Shown here: piece after piece, positions 1 to 10,071 of the stretch
Position numbering within the stretch: position 1 is the first letter of the stretch
How the letters are laid out: each line of letters begins with the position of its first letter
Source: Macrostomum lignano
Lineage: Eukaryota
Assembly (NCBI GenBank): GCA_002269645.1
Contig: NIVC01000013.1
Location: 248,001 to 312,000 of the forward strand
DNA length: 64,000 bases
Reading direction: 5' to 3'
The notes under the pieces: model-generated
Database searches by the model: none
Told to the model about the DNA's origin: nothing
The model's input: only the letters and a program-made list of their open reading frames with translations
Translations under genes and position numbers: made by a program

Positions 1-2
1 TG

Positions 3-1368
3 CCAGCTACGCCGCCGACAACAGTTCGGCGGTATGTCGCCGATGACCCAGATTCTGACGCTGGGATCGACCAACTAAATCCAGCAGCGATGCACAACAT
101 CAGGCAGTATCTCGCAGCAGAAGGAACAACGGCCGAATCGCTGAACGGAGTCGCCATACTAGCCATGCTGAGCGCACGCCGAAGCTGCGACGCTGTTAGA
201 AGAATTAAGCAGCTGGAGCAAAAAGTGCTGCCGATTCTGGAGGGCATCGCTTCTTCCCTCGCGGACGCACGTCTCGGCTCCGGAACATCAGGACCAGCCC
301 GCGGCAGTCGCCAATACTTTGAGCCCATCGACTCCTGGGAGAAGTATATTGACTTTCTCTCATCAACGCAGCTTCAGTCCAGCCTTGTAAGTATATCCGA
401 AACACTGATAGGAAGAGAATCACAATCACTTAAAAAGAAGACAGCTCATTTTTTAGTTTGTTATCTTTGTGGATAAAGATAACCGAATGTGTAGTGTGGA
501 AATGAAATAAGTGATTATGTATTTCTACTTAAAGTAGAGCGTGACACTTTTTGAGGATTTGTTTTTGAAAATTGAAAATTGAAAGTTTTCACAATTCACC
601 GGATACTTTTTATGTCACAACTCAGATCGCAGGCCTGCGTGGTTGCCGGTGCAGCACCCTGCCGGATACGATCCGTCGAATGATGGACAAGTGTTTGTCG
701 CCGAGGATGCTGTGTCTGGTCAATTGGAGCGGCAAAGGCTGTATTTCGCGCTGCCAAGAGGAATTTCCAGAGTGCGGCATCATCGACTATGAGCAGCTGG
801 GATTCAAGAGAGTCAGAAAGTTGTTTATTGGTGAGTGCTTGTTGGAATTTATAGCTATTCGTTTGCTTCCAGTTCACCACTACTCACTATTCTATTGCAC
901 TCCAGTTCACCACACCCAGAATCACTCGGGGTCGGGGATCACACTTTTTGATTTACAGTAAATCGGGCATATTATGTTAAAGTTTCATTTCTCTTTTTTA
1001 TTTCCGGTTGTTGCTACTGATAGTAGACATCTACAAGCGTGATCATTACAACATGAACTTGATAATTATTTTTTTCAGATGCCGTTCAGGACCTCTTTCC
1101 AAGGGACCCTAAAACGGGGGAACCTGTGCATAGCGACAAGAGCATTGAGAATGCTATCAAAGACGTCCTGAAGCACGCATTGGAAAGAGAGGTTGCGAGG
1201 CAGAAGCGACTTCAAGCAAAAGCTGCACGGGCCACCGATAATGCTGAAGCTGCCGCTGCTACAGCGACCAGAGGATTGAAGCGGGCTGCCACAGCCGATG
1301 ATTTATCAGCCAAAAAGCAGTGCAAAAGGGGCAGCCGGCCTACAGTCGTTGACTCAGATTCTGATTAA
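3..1368 (+). CDS. DUF4806-like (BEN-related) protein, 5'-partial, 3 exons: <3-386, 626-830, 1079-1368
   Basis: Frame open from position 3. Donor GTAAGT at 387 (phase 0), acceptor CTCAG at 625, donor GTGAGT at 831 (phase 1), acceptor TTTTCAG at 1078. Spliced text LRGCRCSTLPDTIRRMMDKCLSPRMLCLVNWSGKG...IDAVQDLF...IENAIKDVLKHALER fits the DUF4806 pattern as I recall it. AATAAA near 1522. Confidence 0.65.
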
Positions 1369-1739
1369 TATTTAATAACTGTCTATTTTAATTTTTGACT
1401 GGAAAAATGTACGGTATGGCTGGGTAATGAAACATTTAGTATAAAGAATTATAATTTGTCATTATAGGTACATTTATCATTGCTAATTAATTTATTGTAA
1501 TCTATTGTAATTATTATATACAAATAAACTTCAAAAACAAAAAAGTAAAACAACTCATTGCAATGCTTAAAAAGAAATAAAACAATTTTTAATTCTCTAT
1601 TTAAATCAAGCAAACTTCGCAATTAACACTACTGATAGTAGCCATAAATAGAGAGTCCAATAGCAGTCTTTCCAAAGTCTACAAGTCAGGGTCCGATCAG
1701 GGTCCGATCAGATAAGACATGGTCGTACTCGACTTTTTA

Positions 1740-3105
1740 CACTGGGCGACGACGGCGGAGAGCGTGATCCCCCACCTGCGGAGGCTGTTCGGCAGATACG
1801 GCGTCCCGATTGAGGTGGTCACCGACAACGGCCCGCCATTCAGCTCGGCAGCTTTCCGCAGCTTCCCCGCTTCGTACGGCATTCACCACCGCCTCATCTG
1901 CCCGCTGCACCCAGAATCCAATGGAGCGACGGAGCGAGTCAACCGCAGCATCGGGAAAGTGATTCAGACGGCAGTGGCCGAAGGTCGTAACTGGCGGGAG
2001 GCTATCGAGGACTGGCTGTTGGCGTTCCGCACGACACCACATCGAGCAACCGGCCGCGCACCTGCTGAGCTACTCATGGGCAGGACGATGAACGACGGCA
2101 TCCCGACCATCAAACCATCACAGCTCATCGACGTTAACCATGAAGAGGTGCAGAGCTGGCACAGAAACTATGTCCAAGACATGAAGGCGCGCTTCGATGA
2201 TCGCAAGGGTGTCAAGGAGCACGGCGTCAGAGTCGGCAACAAAGTTCTGCGAAAGAAGCAGCCACGTAACAAACTGCAGCTGCCGTTCGAGCCACATCCT
2301 TGGACAGTCAAGCAGGTCCAGGGAGACACGTGTGTCCTGCAACGCGGCGAACAGTCCTGCATGCGCCACGTCTCGCAGCTGCGGCCCCTGGTCGGAGAGC
2401 CTGCTGGCGAGCCTGCCGGCCAATCTGCCGGAGAGCCTGCCGGCCAGCCTGCCGGAGAGCCTGCCGGCCAGCCTGCCGGAGAGCCTGCCGGCCAGCCTGC
2501 CGGAGAGCCTGCCGGCCAGCCTGCCGGAAAGCCTGCCGGCCAACCTGCCGGAGAGCCTGCCGGCCAGCCTGCCGGAGAGCCTGCCGGCCAGCCTGCCGGA
2601 GAGCCTGCCGGCCAACCTGCCGGAGAGCCTGCCGGCCAGCCTGCCGGAGAGCCTGCCGGCCAGCCTGCCGGAGAGCCTGCCGGCCAGCCTGCCGGAGAGC
2701 CTGCCGGAGAGCCTGCCGGCCAGCCTGCCGGAGAGCCTGCCGGCCAGCCTGCCGGCCAATCTGCCGAAAAGCCTGCCGGCCAATCTGCCGGAGAGCCTGC
2801 CGGCCAGCCTGCCGGAGAGCCTGCCGGCCAACCTGCCGGAGCCTGCCGGCCAGCCTGCCGGAGAGCCTGCCGGCCAGCCTGCCGGAGAGCCTGCCGGCCA
2901 ATCTGCCGGAGAGCCTGCCGGCCAACCTGCCGGAGAGCCTGCCGGCCAATCTGCCGGAGAGCCTGCCGGCCAATCTGCCGGAGAGCCTGCCGGCCAACCT
3001 GCCGGCCAACCTGCCGGAGAGCCCGCCGGTCTACCCAGCGGTAGCATCGCCACGCGAGAACATCCAAGAGCTGCCCGTAACAGAGTGCTCAGCTACAAAT
3101 TGTGA
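1740..3105 (+). mobile_element. Ty3/gypsy LTR retrotransposon, 5'-truncated integrase with C-terminal EPAGQPAG repeat and a frameshift
   Basis: LRRLFGRYGVPIEVVTDNGPPFSS...HPESNGATERVNR...AFRTTPHRATGRAPAELLMGR is the second D and the E of the rve DDE core plus the typical gypsy downstream motif. First D is absent. A 2-nt loss in one repeat unit near 2841 shifts into the 2197..3105 frame. Confidence 0.9.
2398..3025 (+). repeat. 24-bp tandem repeat (GAGCCTGCCGGCCAGCCTGCCGGA, 12-bp subunits) inside the gypsy ORF
   Basis: Directly visible; explains the many overlapping repetitive ORFs at 2118-3175. Confidence 0.95.
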
Positions 3106-3213
3106 TCCTAGGGTTTTTGTGCGTGGGCGGGCCGCTTTGATTGCTTTGGGGTTTGGGCCGGTAGTAACTGAGTAATTGAGCTCTTTTTTTTATCCCCTGA
3201 GATCTCTCTGGTT

Positions 3214-3447
3214 GGGGAGAATTGTAGGCACCTGCTGCCCAGTGCTTGCATAATAAGTGTTTTTAGTCCTGGTGTGCATTTCCGATGTACATCCAATATT
3301 CTTGGCTTTCTGTTTTTAATGTACGCAGTCTCAACTGCAGGGTCGCTGCTAAATATATAAATAGATCGCACAGAGCCTACAATGGATTGAGGCTTTATCG
3401 GCTGCACACAACACATAACTTTCTCTCTCTCGGCTTCGCTCTCTACA
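3214..3447 (+). mobile_element. Candidate polypurine tract plus 3' LTR of the gypsy element
   Basis: GGGGAGAA (3214-3221) precedes TGTAGGC at 3223. Inverted ends GCCTACA (3375-3381) or CTACA (3443-3447). TATA-like AAATATATAAA near 3351. No second LTR to confirm. Confidence 0.35.
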
Positions 3448-3448
3448 C

Positions 3449-3840
3449 TGAGGATCATAGCTCCTGAGGATCCCAGATCCTAAGAATCCCAGCTCCTGAT
3501 GACCCCAGCTCCTGAGGATCATAGCTCCTGAGGATCCCAGCTCCTAATGATCCCAGCTCCTGATGATCATAGCTCCTGAGGATCCCAGCTCCTAATGATC
3601 CCAGCTCCTGAGGATCATAGCTCCTGAGGATCCCAGTTCCTGATGATCCCAGCTCCTGAGGATCATAGCTCCTGAGGATCCCAGCTCCTGATGATCCCAG
3701 CTCCTGAGGATCATAGCTCCTGAGGATCCCAGATCCTGACAATCTCAGCTCCTGAGGATCCCAGATCCTGAGGATTCCAGTTCTTAACGATCCCAGATCC
3801 TGATCCTAGAGTAGTAAAGATAATCCTGAGGATCCCAGCC
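3449..3840. repeat. Minisatellite, about 16-bp subunits (GAGGATCCCAGCTCCT / GAGGATCATAGCTCCT)
   Basis: Directly visible. Confidence 0.9.
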
Positions 3841-3981
3841 CTCGGATTCCGCTCATTCCCTGCCCTCAAATCCATGGACAGAGCTGTGTTGTGTCATCAT
3901 TTCGAGGGCGCCACCACTCATGAACCATAGTGGCCCGCAAAATAATAGAATAGCAGGTATGGATTTGAAGCGCCATCGTAC

Positions 3982-4161
3982 CTTGTACTTGTGCTTTCGC
4001 AGCTCGACATTGCGGCTCAGCAGTGTCTCATTAGTCGCCTGCTGTTGACGTTTTCGACGAAGCAGAGCGAAGCAGACAAGCAGAGTCCCAGCCGTTGCTA
4101 AGGGCACAGCTAATCTTACAGCATTGCGCAGTGTTGCGTAAGAAGCCAGCCTTTCAGACAT
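3982..4161 (-). CDS. Possible first coding exon of a signal-anchored protein (orphan)
   Basis: ATG at 4161; hydrophobic AVRLAVPLATAGTLLVCFALL followed by RRKR; donor-like AAG|GTACG at 3981; acceptor TTTTTTCCAG at 4256 upstream. No downstream exon found. Confidence 0.35.
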
Positions 4162-4789
4162 GGTCCGGCTGGAATCGATGCAACGGATAGAGGATGAACT
4201 TCTTAAATCAGCAAAGCGAAGTTATGAACAACTAAACAGGGACCATTTCCATTTCCTGGAAAAAAACTCTGCAATGATTGCATTTGATCTGGGGCAGTGA
4301 AGATTACCATTTGTTGAAGGTTGAAATTACTCACAGGGGAAGTTTTGCAGGAAACTGGCCTTCAAAAATTACACATTATTCGAGTTTTACATCCTATTAT
4401 ACTACAGTAATCCTTAGAGTAAACTAAGTGATTCATGACTGTAAGCTTCTTTAACTTAATTTTGAATGAATTTTAGTGACTTGCTATATATTTATAATTT
4501 TATTTACACAAGAAGAATGTATTGAATACGTATATACCAGTATTTGAAGACAATTAACAGGCGTATACCTTGCTGGGTTAGCAAAAATCTACAGTAAGTT
4601 TTAAAGAATATGATGTGCATATTTTACGAATAGATATACATTTAAATAATTAATATGAAACTGCCAAGCGATACTACAAGCGGTTAGTAGTAGATTAGTC
4701 TTTTAAGCTAATTTTATTTATTTGTCATCATTTTTAAACAACAAATTCAATGATTTTCTTTTATAAACTTAATGCAACAAAGGCTCACT

Positions 4790-5762
4790 AGATCAGCAAC
4801 AAAGAGCCACTGGATCAGCAACAAAGAGACATTGGATCAGCAACAAAGAGTCACTGGTTCAGCAACAAAGAGTCATTGGATCAGCAACAAAGAGCAACTG
4901 GATCAGCAACAAAGAGTCATTGGATCAGCAACAAAGAGTCACTGGTTCAGCAACAAAGAGCAACTGGATCAGCAACAAAGAGTCATTGGATCAGCAACAA
5001 AGAGTCACTGGTTCAGCAACAAAGAGCAACTGGATCAGCAACAAAGAGTCATTGGATCAGCAACAAAGAGTCACTGGTTCAGCAACAAAGAGTCATTGGA
5101 TCAGCAACAAAGAGCAACTGGATCAGCAACAAAGAGTCATTGGATCAGCAACAAAGAGTCACTGGTTCAGCAACAAAGAGTCATTGGATCAGCAACAAAG
5201 AGTCTTTGGATCAGCAACAAAGAGTCACTGGATCAACAACAAAGAGCCACTGGATGAGCAACAAAGAGCCACTGGATGAGCAACAAAGAGTCATTGGATC
5301 AGCAACAAAGAGTCATTGGATCAGCAACAAAGAGTCACTGGATCAACAACAAAGAGCCACTGGATGAGCAACAAAGAGACATTGGATCAGCAACAAAGAG
5401 TCATTGGATCAGCAACAAAGAGTCACTGGATCAACAACAAAGAGCCACTGGATGAGCAACAAAGAGACATTGGATTAGCAACAAAGAGCAACTGGATCAG
5501 CAACAAAGAGCCGCTGAATCAGCAACAAAGAGCCACTGAATCAGCAACAAAGAGCCACTGAATCAGCAACAGAGAGCAACTGAATCAGCAACAAAGAGCA
5601 ACTGGATCAGCAACAAAGAGCCGCTGAATCAGCAACAAAGAGCAACTGGATCAGCAACAAAGAGCCGCTGAATCAGCAACAAAGAGCAACTGGATCAGCA
5701 ACAAAGAGCTACTGGATCAGCAACAAAGAGTCAATGGATCAATGACTCAATGCAACAAAGAG
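4790..5762. repeat. 22-bp minisatellite (GGATCAGCAACAAAGAGTCACT), just downstream of the FAM50A stop
   Basis: Directly visible. Confidence 0.95.
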
Positions 5763-5836
5763 CCAAGTAACGCATATTTATGAATATTAAAATTTTTACA
5801 ATACCCAACGAGCGACAAAACGACAAATCTCTCACA

Positions 5837-7832
5837 CTATTTAACATTAATAACATTGGCAGTCTTGAGCGAAGCGGGCAAACTATCCCAATTTTTAGTT
5901 GGATCAAAGGGCTCCCATCGGCAGGCCGGGAAGATGTGCTTATTCCTGTCGTACCAGCTCCGCATGCACACCTTGCCAGCGTGGGTCTCCTGGCTAGGCT
6001 TGGCCGTGTCTACTGTTAGCCGAACGTCCTGCTTAACGTCGAACAGGTAGAGCGGGCCGCTCTTGCCCCTGGCCTGACTGGTGATGAGGTCTAGAAAGGC
6101 GACGTGATGCGGCAATATCGTATCCTCTTTAATAAACATCAATTGATCTTCGCTGATACTGCGCAACTCTTGAAATTCTTTGCGCAATTGTTCCAACACT
6201 TTGCGCAGAAACTGCCCGATAGTGTTGCCCTTGGTAACGGTGACGCTGCGCCTGTGACCGGAGCCGTCCCAATAGCTGTACACCACTTCCATCTCTTCGG
6301 CTCGGAGACGGGCCTGGCTCTCTTGCCACTCCTGTTCGAGCTGTTGGCGGAGCCGACGCTCTTCGGCCTCGCGGTCTATGTCCGGCAGGAACCAGGTGTC
6401 CACCTGCGGGTCCTTGCCGAACCGTCGCCTGCGCTTCTCCTCTTTTCTCTGCTCCTCGGCGACTTCATCCTGTAAGTCTTTGTCTTGGCGCGAATCCGAG
6501 TTGTCGCATTCTGATTGGCTATCGGATTTCTCGGCGCCTTTGTCTGAGTCTTTGTTTAACTTGGGCTTCTGAAATGGTAAGTCAGACAGTGGGGGGATTA
6601 AATGTTGCTTTATCAGTGGGAGAATGGGGATAGATGGGCAGCTTCATCACTGGGAGAATGGGGATAATGAAGCAGTTTTAATATTGAGAGAATGGGATTA
6701 AATTAGCAGCTTCAACACTGGGAGAATGGAGATAAATGAGCAGCTTCATCACTGGGAGAATGGGATTAAATAAGCAGCTTCATCATTGCGAGAATAGGAT
6801 TAAATAAGCAGCTTCATCATTGCGAGAATAGGATTAAATAAGCAGCTTCATCATTGCGAGAATGGGAATAAATAAGCATCTTCATCAATGGGAGAATGGG
6901 AATAAATGAGTAGCTTCATCACTGGGAGAATGGGGATAAATGAGTAGCTTCATCCCTGGGACAATGGGGATAAATGAGTAGCTTCATCCCTGGGACAATG
7001 GGGATAAATGAGCAGCTTCATCACTGGGGGAATGGAAATAAATGAGTAGCTTCATCAGTTGGAGAATGGGGAAAAATGAGCAGCTTCATCACTGGGAGAA
7101 TGGGAATAAATGAGTAGCTTCATCACTGGGAGAATGGGGATAAATGAGTAGCTTCATCCCTGGGACAATGGGGATAAATGAGTAGCTTCATCACTGGGAG
7201 AATGGGAATAAATGAGTAGCTTCATCACTGGGAGAATGGGGATAAATGAGTAGCTTCATCCCTGGGACAATGGGGATAAATGAGCAGCTTCATTAGTTGA
7301 AGAATGGAAATAAATGAGTAGCTTCATCAGTTGGAGAATGGGGATAAATGAGCAGCTTCATCACTGGGAGAATGGGACAGCGGAGCGCACTTACATATTG
7401 CCGATCCTCAGGTGTCTGGTTGGATTCCTCTTCATCATCCTCCTCAGCATCTTCATCTCCATCGAAAGCAAACGACAGAGCCCCAGTTTTCCTTTGCGAT
7501 TGCTCTTTGGCGGCCAACTCGTCCGTTCGAGACTTCTTACCGCCAGCTTGACTACTAGATGCGGCAGCCTCAGCTTCTCGAGCCCGTTTCAATCGGTCCT
7601 GATGCCGCTTCATCTCGTCCAGGGTCACCAAGCCGACAGTGGATTCTCCAAGCGACTGATCGGCAAACGAAGCTCCCGTATGAGTAGAAAATTTGTTTTT
7701 AATTTCGCCAATTCGCATCTCGGATTCCAAGCGCAGTTTGGCCAATTCTAATTCGCGACGGTCTTTTTCGCGTTGCCGCTGTAGCTGCATGGCTCGCTGG
7801 GCTTCTTGGGCGGCGCCTTTGAAGAATGCCAT
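5837..7832 (-). CDS. FAM50A: FAM50/XAP5 family protein, 2 exons: 7832-7395, 6568-5837 (389 aa)
   Basis: [79 protein letters not shown] match FAM50A. Donor GTAAGT at 7394 and acceptor TTTCAG at 6569, phase 0. Confidence 0.95.
6605..7380. repeat. 33-34-bp minisatellite filling the FAM50A intron (AAATGAGTAGCTTCATCACTGGGAGAATGGGGAT)
   Basis: Directly visible. Confidence 0.9.
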
Positions 7833-7924
7833 GCTGATTGGCTGCTGGCTAGCTGTTCAGTGCAGCAATGTACGAAGGTTGGGGAGATCTTTGACATTTC
7901 CTAGGAGCTCTACTCAGGATAGTT

Positions 7925-8817
7925 AAGGGGCGATTCTCGGGAATGTCTAGGGGCGATTATCGGGAATGTATAGGGACGATTCTCGGGAATGTCTAGGGGT
8001 GACTTTCGGGAATGTATAGGGGCGATTCTTGGGATTGTCTAGCGGCGATTCTTGGGAATGTCTAGGGGCGATTCTCGGGAATATATAGGGGCGATTCTAC
8101 GCAATGTCTAGGGGCGATTCTCGGGAATGTCTAGGGGCGATTTTCGGGAATGTCTAGGGGCGATTCTTGGAAATGTATAGGGGCTATTCTTGGGAATGCT
8201 TACGGGCGATTCTTGGAAATGTCTAGGGGCGATTCTTGGGAATGTTTAGAGGCGATTCTTGGAAATGTCTAGGGGCGATTCTTGGGAATGTCTAGGGGCG
8301 ATTCTTGGAAATGTCTAGGGGCTATTCTTGGGAATGTTTAGAGGCGATTCTTGGAAATGTCTAGGGGCGATTCTTGGGAATGTCTAGGGGCGATTCTTGG
8401 AAATTTCTAGAGGCGATTCTTGGAAATGTCTAGGGGCGATTCTTGGGAATGTCTAGGGGCGATTATTGGAAATGTCTAGGGGCTATTCTTGGGAATGTTT
8501 AGAGGCGATTCTTGGAAATGTCTAGGGGCGATTCTTGGGAATGTCTAGGGGCGATTCTTGGAAATTTCTAGAGGCGATTCTTGGAAATGTCTAGAGGCGA
8601 TTCTTGGGAATGTCTAGAGGCGATTCTTGGGAATGTCTAGAGGCGATTCTTGGGAATGTCTAGAGGCGATTCTTGGGAATGTCTAGAGGCGATTCTTGGA
8701 AATGTCTAGGGGCGATTCTTGGGAATGTCTAGGGGCGATTCTTGGGAATGTCTAGAGGCGATTCTTGGGAATGTCTAGAGGCGATTCTTGGAAATGTCTA
8801 GGGGCGATTCTTGGGAA
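7925..8817. repeat. 23-bp minisatellite (GTCTAGGGGCGATTCTTGGGAAT), array 1
   Basis: Directly visible; same family as 10360-11131. Confidence 0.95.
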
Positions 8818-10071
8818 ATATCCAGGTGTGGTTTTCAAAAATGCTGAGGGGTGATTCTCACACTCTTGATACTGTCTAGGAATACATGTAAGTTAATCTG
8901 ATGCCTAAGAGCGATTTCTTAGTACTAACTAAGATCGATTTTATCTTCTTCTTTTATACAAAACTACGGAAAAAGCAAAAAGGCAAAGACGAAATGAATT
9001 TCAAAACGTGTTGATGGGATTGCAAAGAAGAAAAACACAAGAAGAAAAACGCGCAGCAAACGTAGGTAGCGCTTATTTTTTAAATTTAATCTTGCATCAA
9101 TACCAATATCAGCGATTGAAATTTGATCCAATTAACTTAGTTAACAGCCGAAACCAATAAAATTGAATATTGCTTTTTCTTGCTACACAAGGTTAATCAA
9201 AAATCAAAAACCAGACCAATGATTTATTGCCAGATAGACTAGAATCTATTATATAAAAAATACAATTAAACGATGCTTAAAGCGCCAGTACTTTCTTTTA
9301 AATTCGATTGTATAAAGATAACAACCTCACAGTTCAGAACTCACCTGTTGATATTTAATATAAACAAGCTGTGATTAAATCAAGCTCAAAATAAATGACA
9401 CAAAACACTAACTTACCGCGGTTCTAAATAATTATTACACAGAAAGGAAATATAAATATAAATAATAAAAAACAGTTTTGATCTGAATTGCTGATTATAT
9501 AAATATTACTAATAGTAATAAGTGAATATATTAATTATGGATTTGTCAATTGCAAATCATCGAAATCAATCGCTGGCATGCAGATATGGTCAAGTATTGC
9601 AAGATCTGACACTGCAAACGCATGCAGTAAATCGCTAAATAAATGACTAAAGCAGAACTGATAATCAACACTTTGATTTAACAAAAAAAACGATTAAACA
9701 ATTTAAAACAAATCAAAAGTATAAAGTTTCTTGTGACGATTGAATTAATCAAAGACACTTAGCACAACAGTTGGGTCTTTCGAATGAGACAAGAGAGAGT
9801 AATAAAGAGACAAACTGAAAAAACTCGAACGATGAGTAAACACACAGATTTCATTTATAATTCTGTTAATATCAAAGTGAAATTGTTTGAGGAAGCAAAA
9901 TAAGCATTAAGCGCAATAGGGAAAACAACGAATTATAATGTTCGTTTATCGGTAAAGGTTAAATAAACTTAGAAGAGAAAAAACACTATGTGAAGACCAT
10001 GCGCTAACTGCTCTACTAGTAAGTGGCAGTAGTAGCATTTTGTTGGATTTTTATGCTGTAAAGCAAACTTT

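Noticed and set aside
2118-3175. Several long overlapping ORFs on both strands
   Set aside because: Products of the 24-bp repeat; only the integrase frame has recognisable motifs.
4772-5561. Gln-rich repetitive ORFs
   Set aside because: Translations of a 22-bp array (not a multiple of 3), with no splice support.
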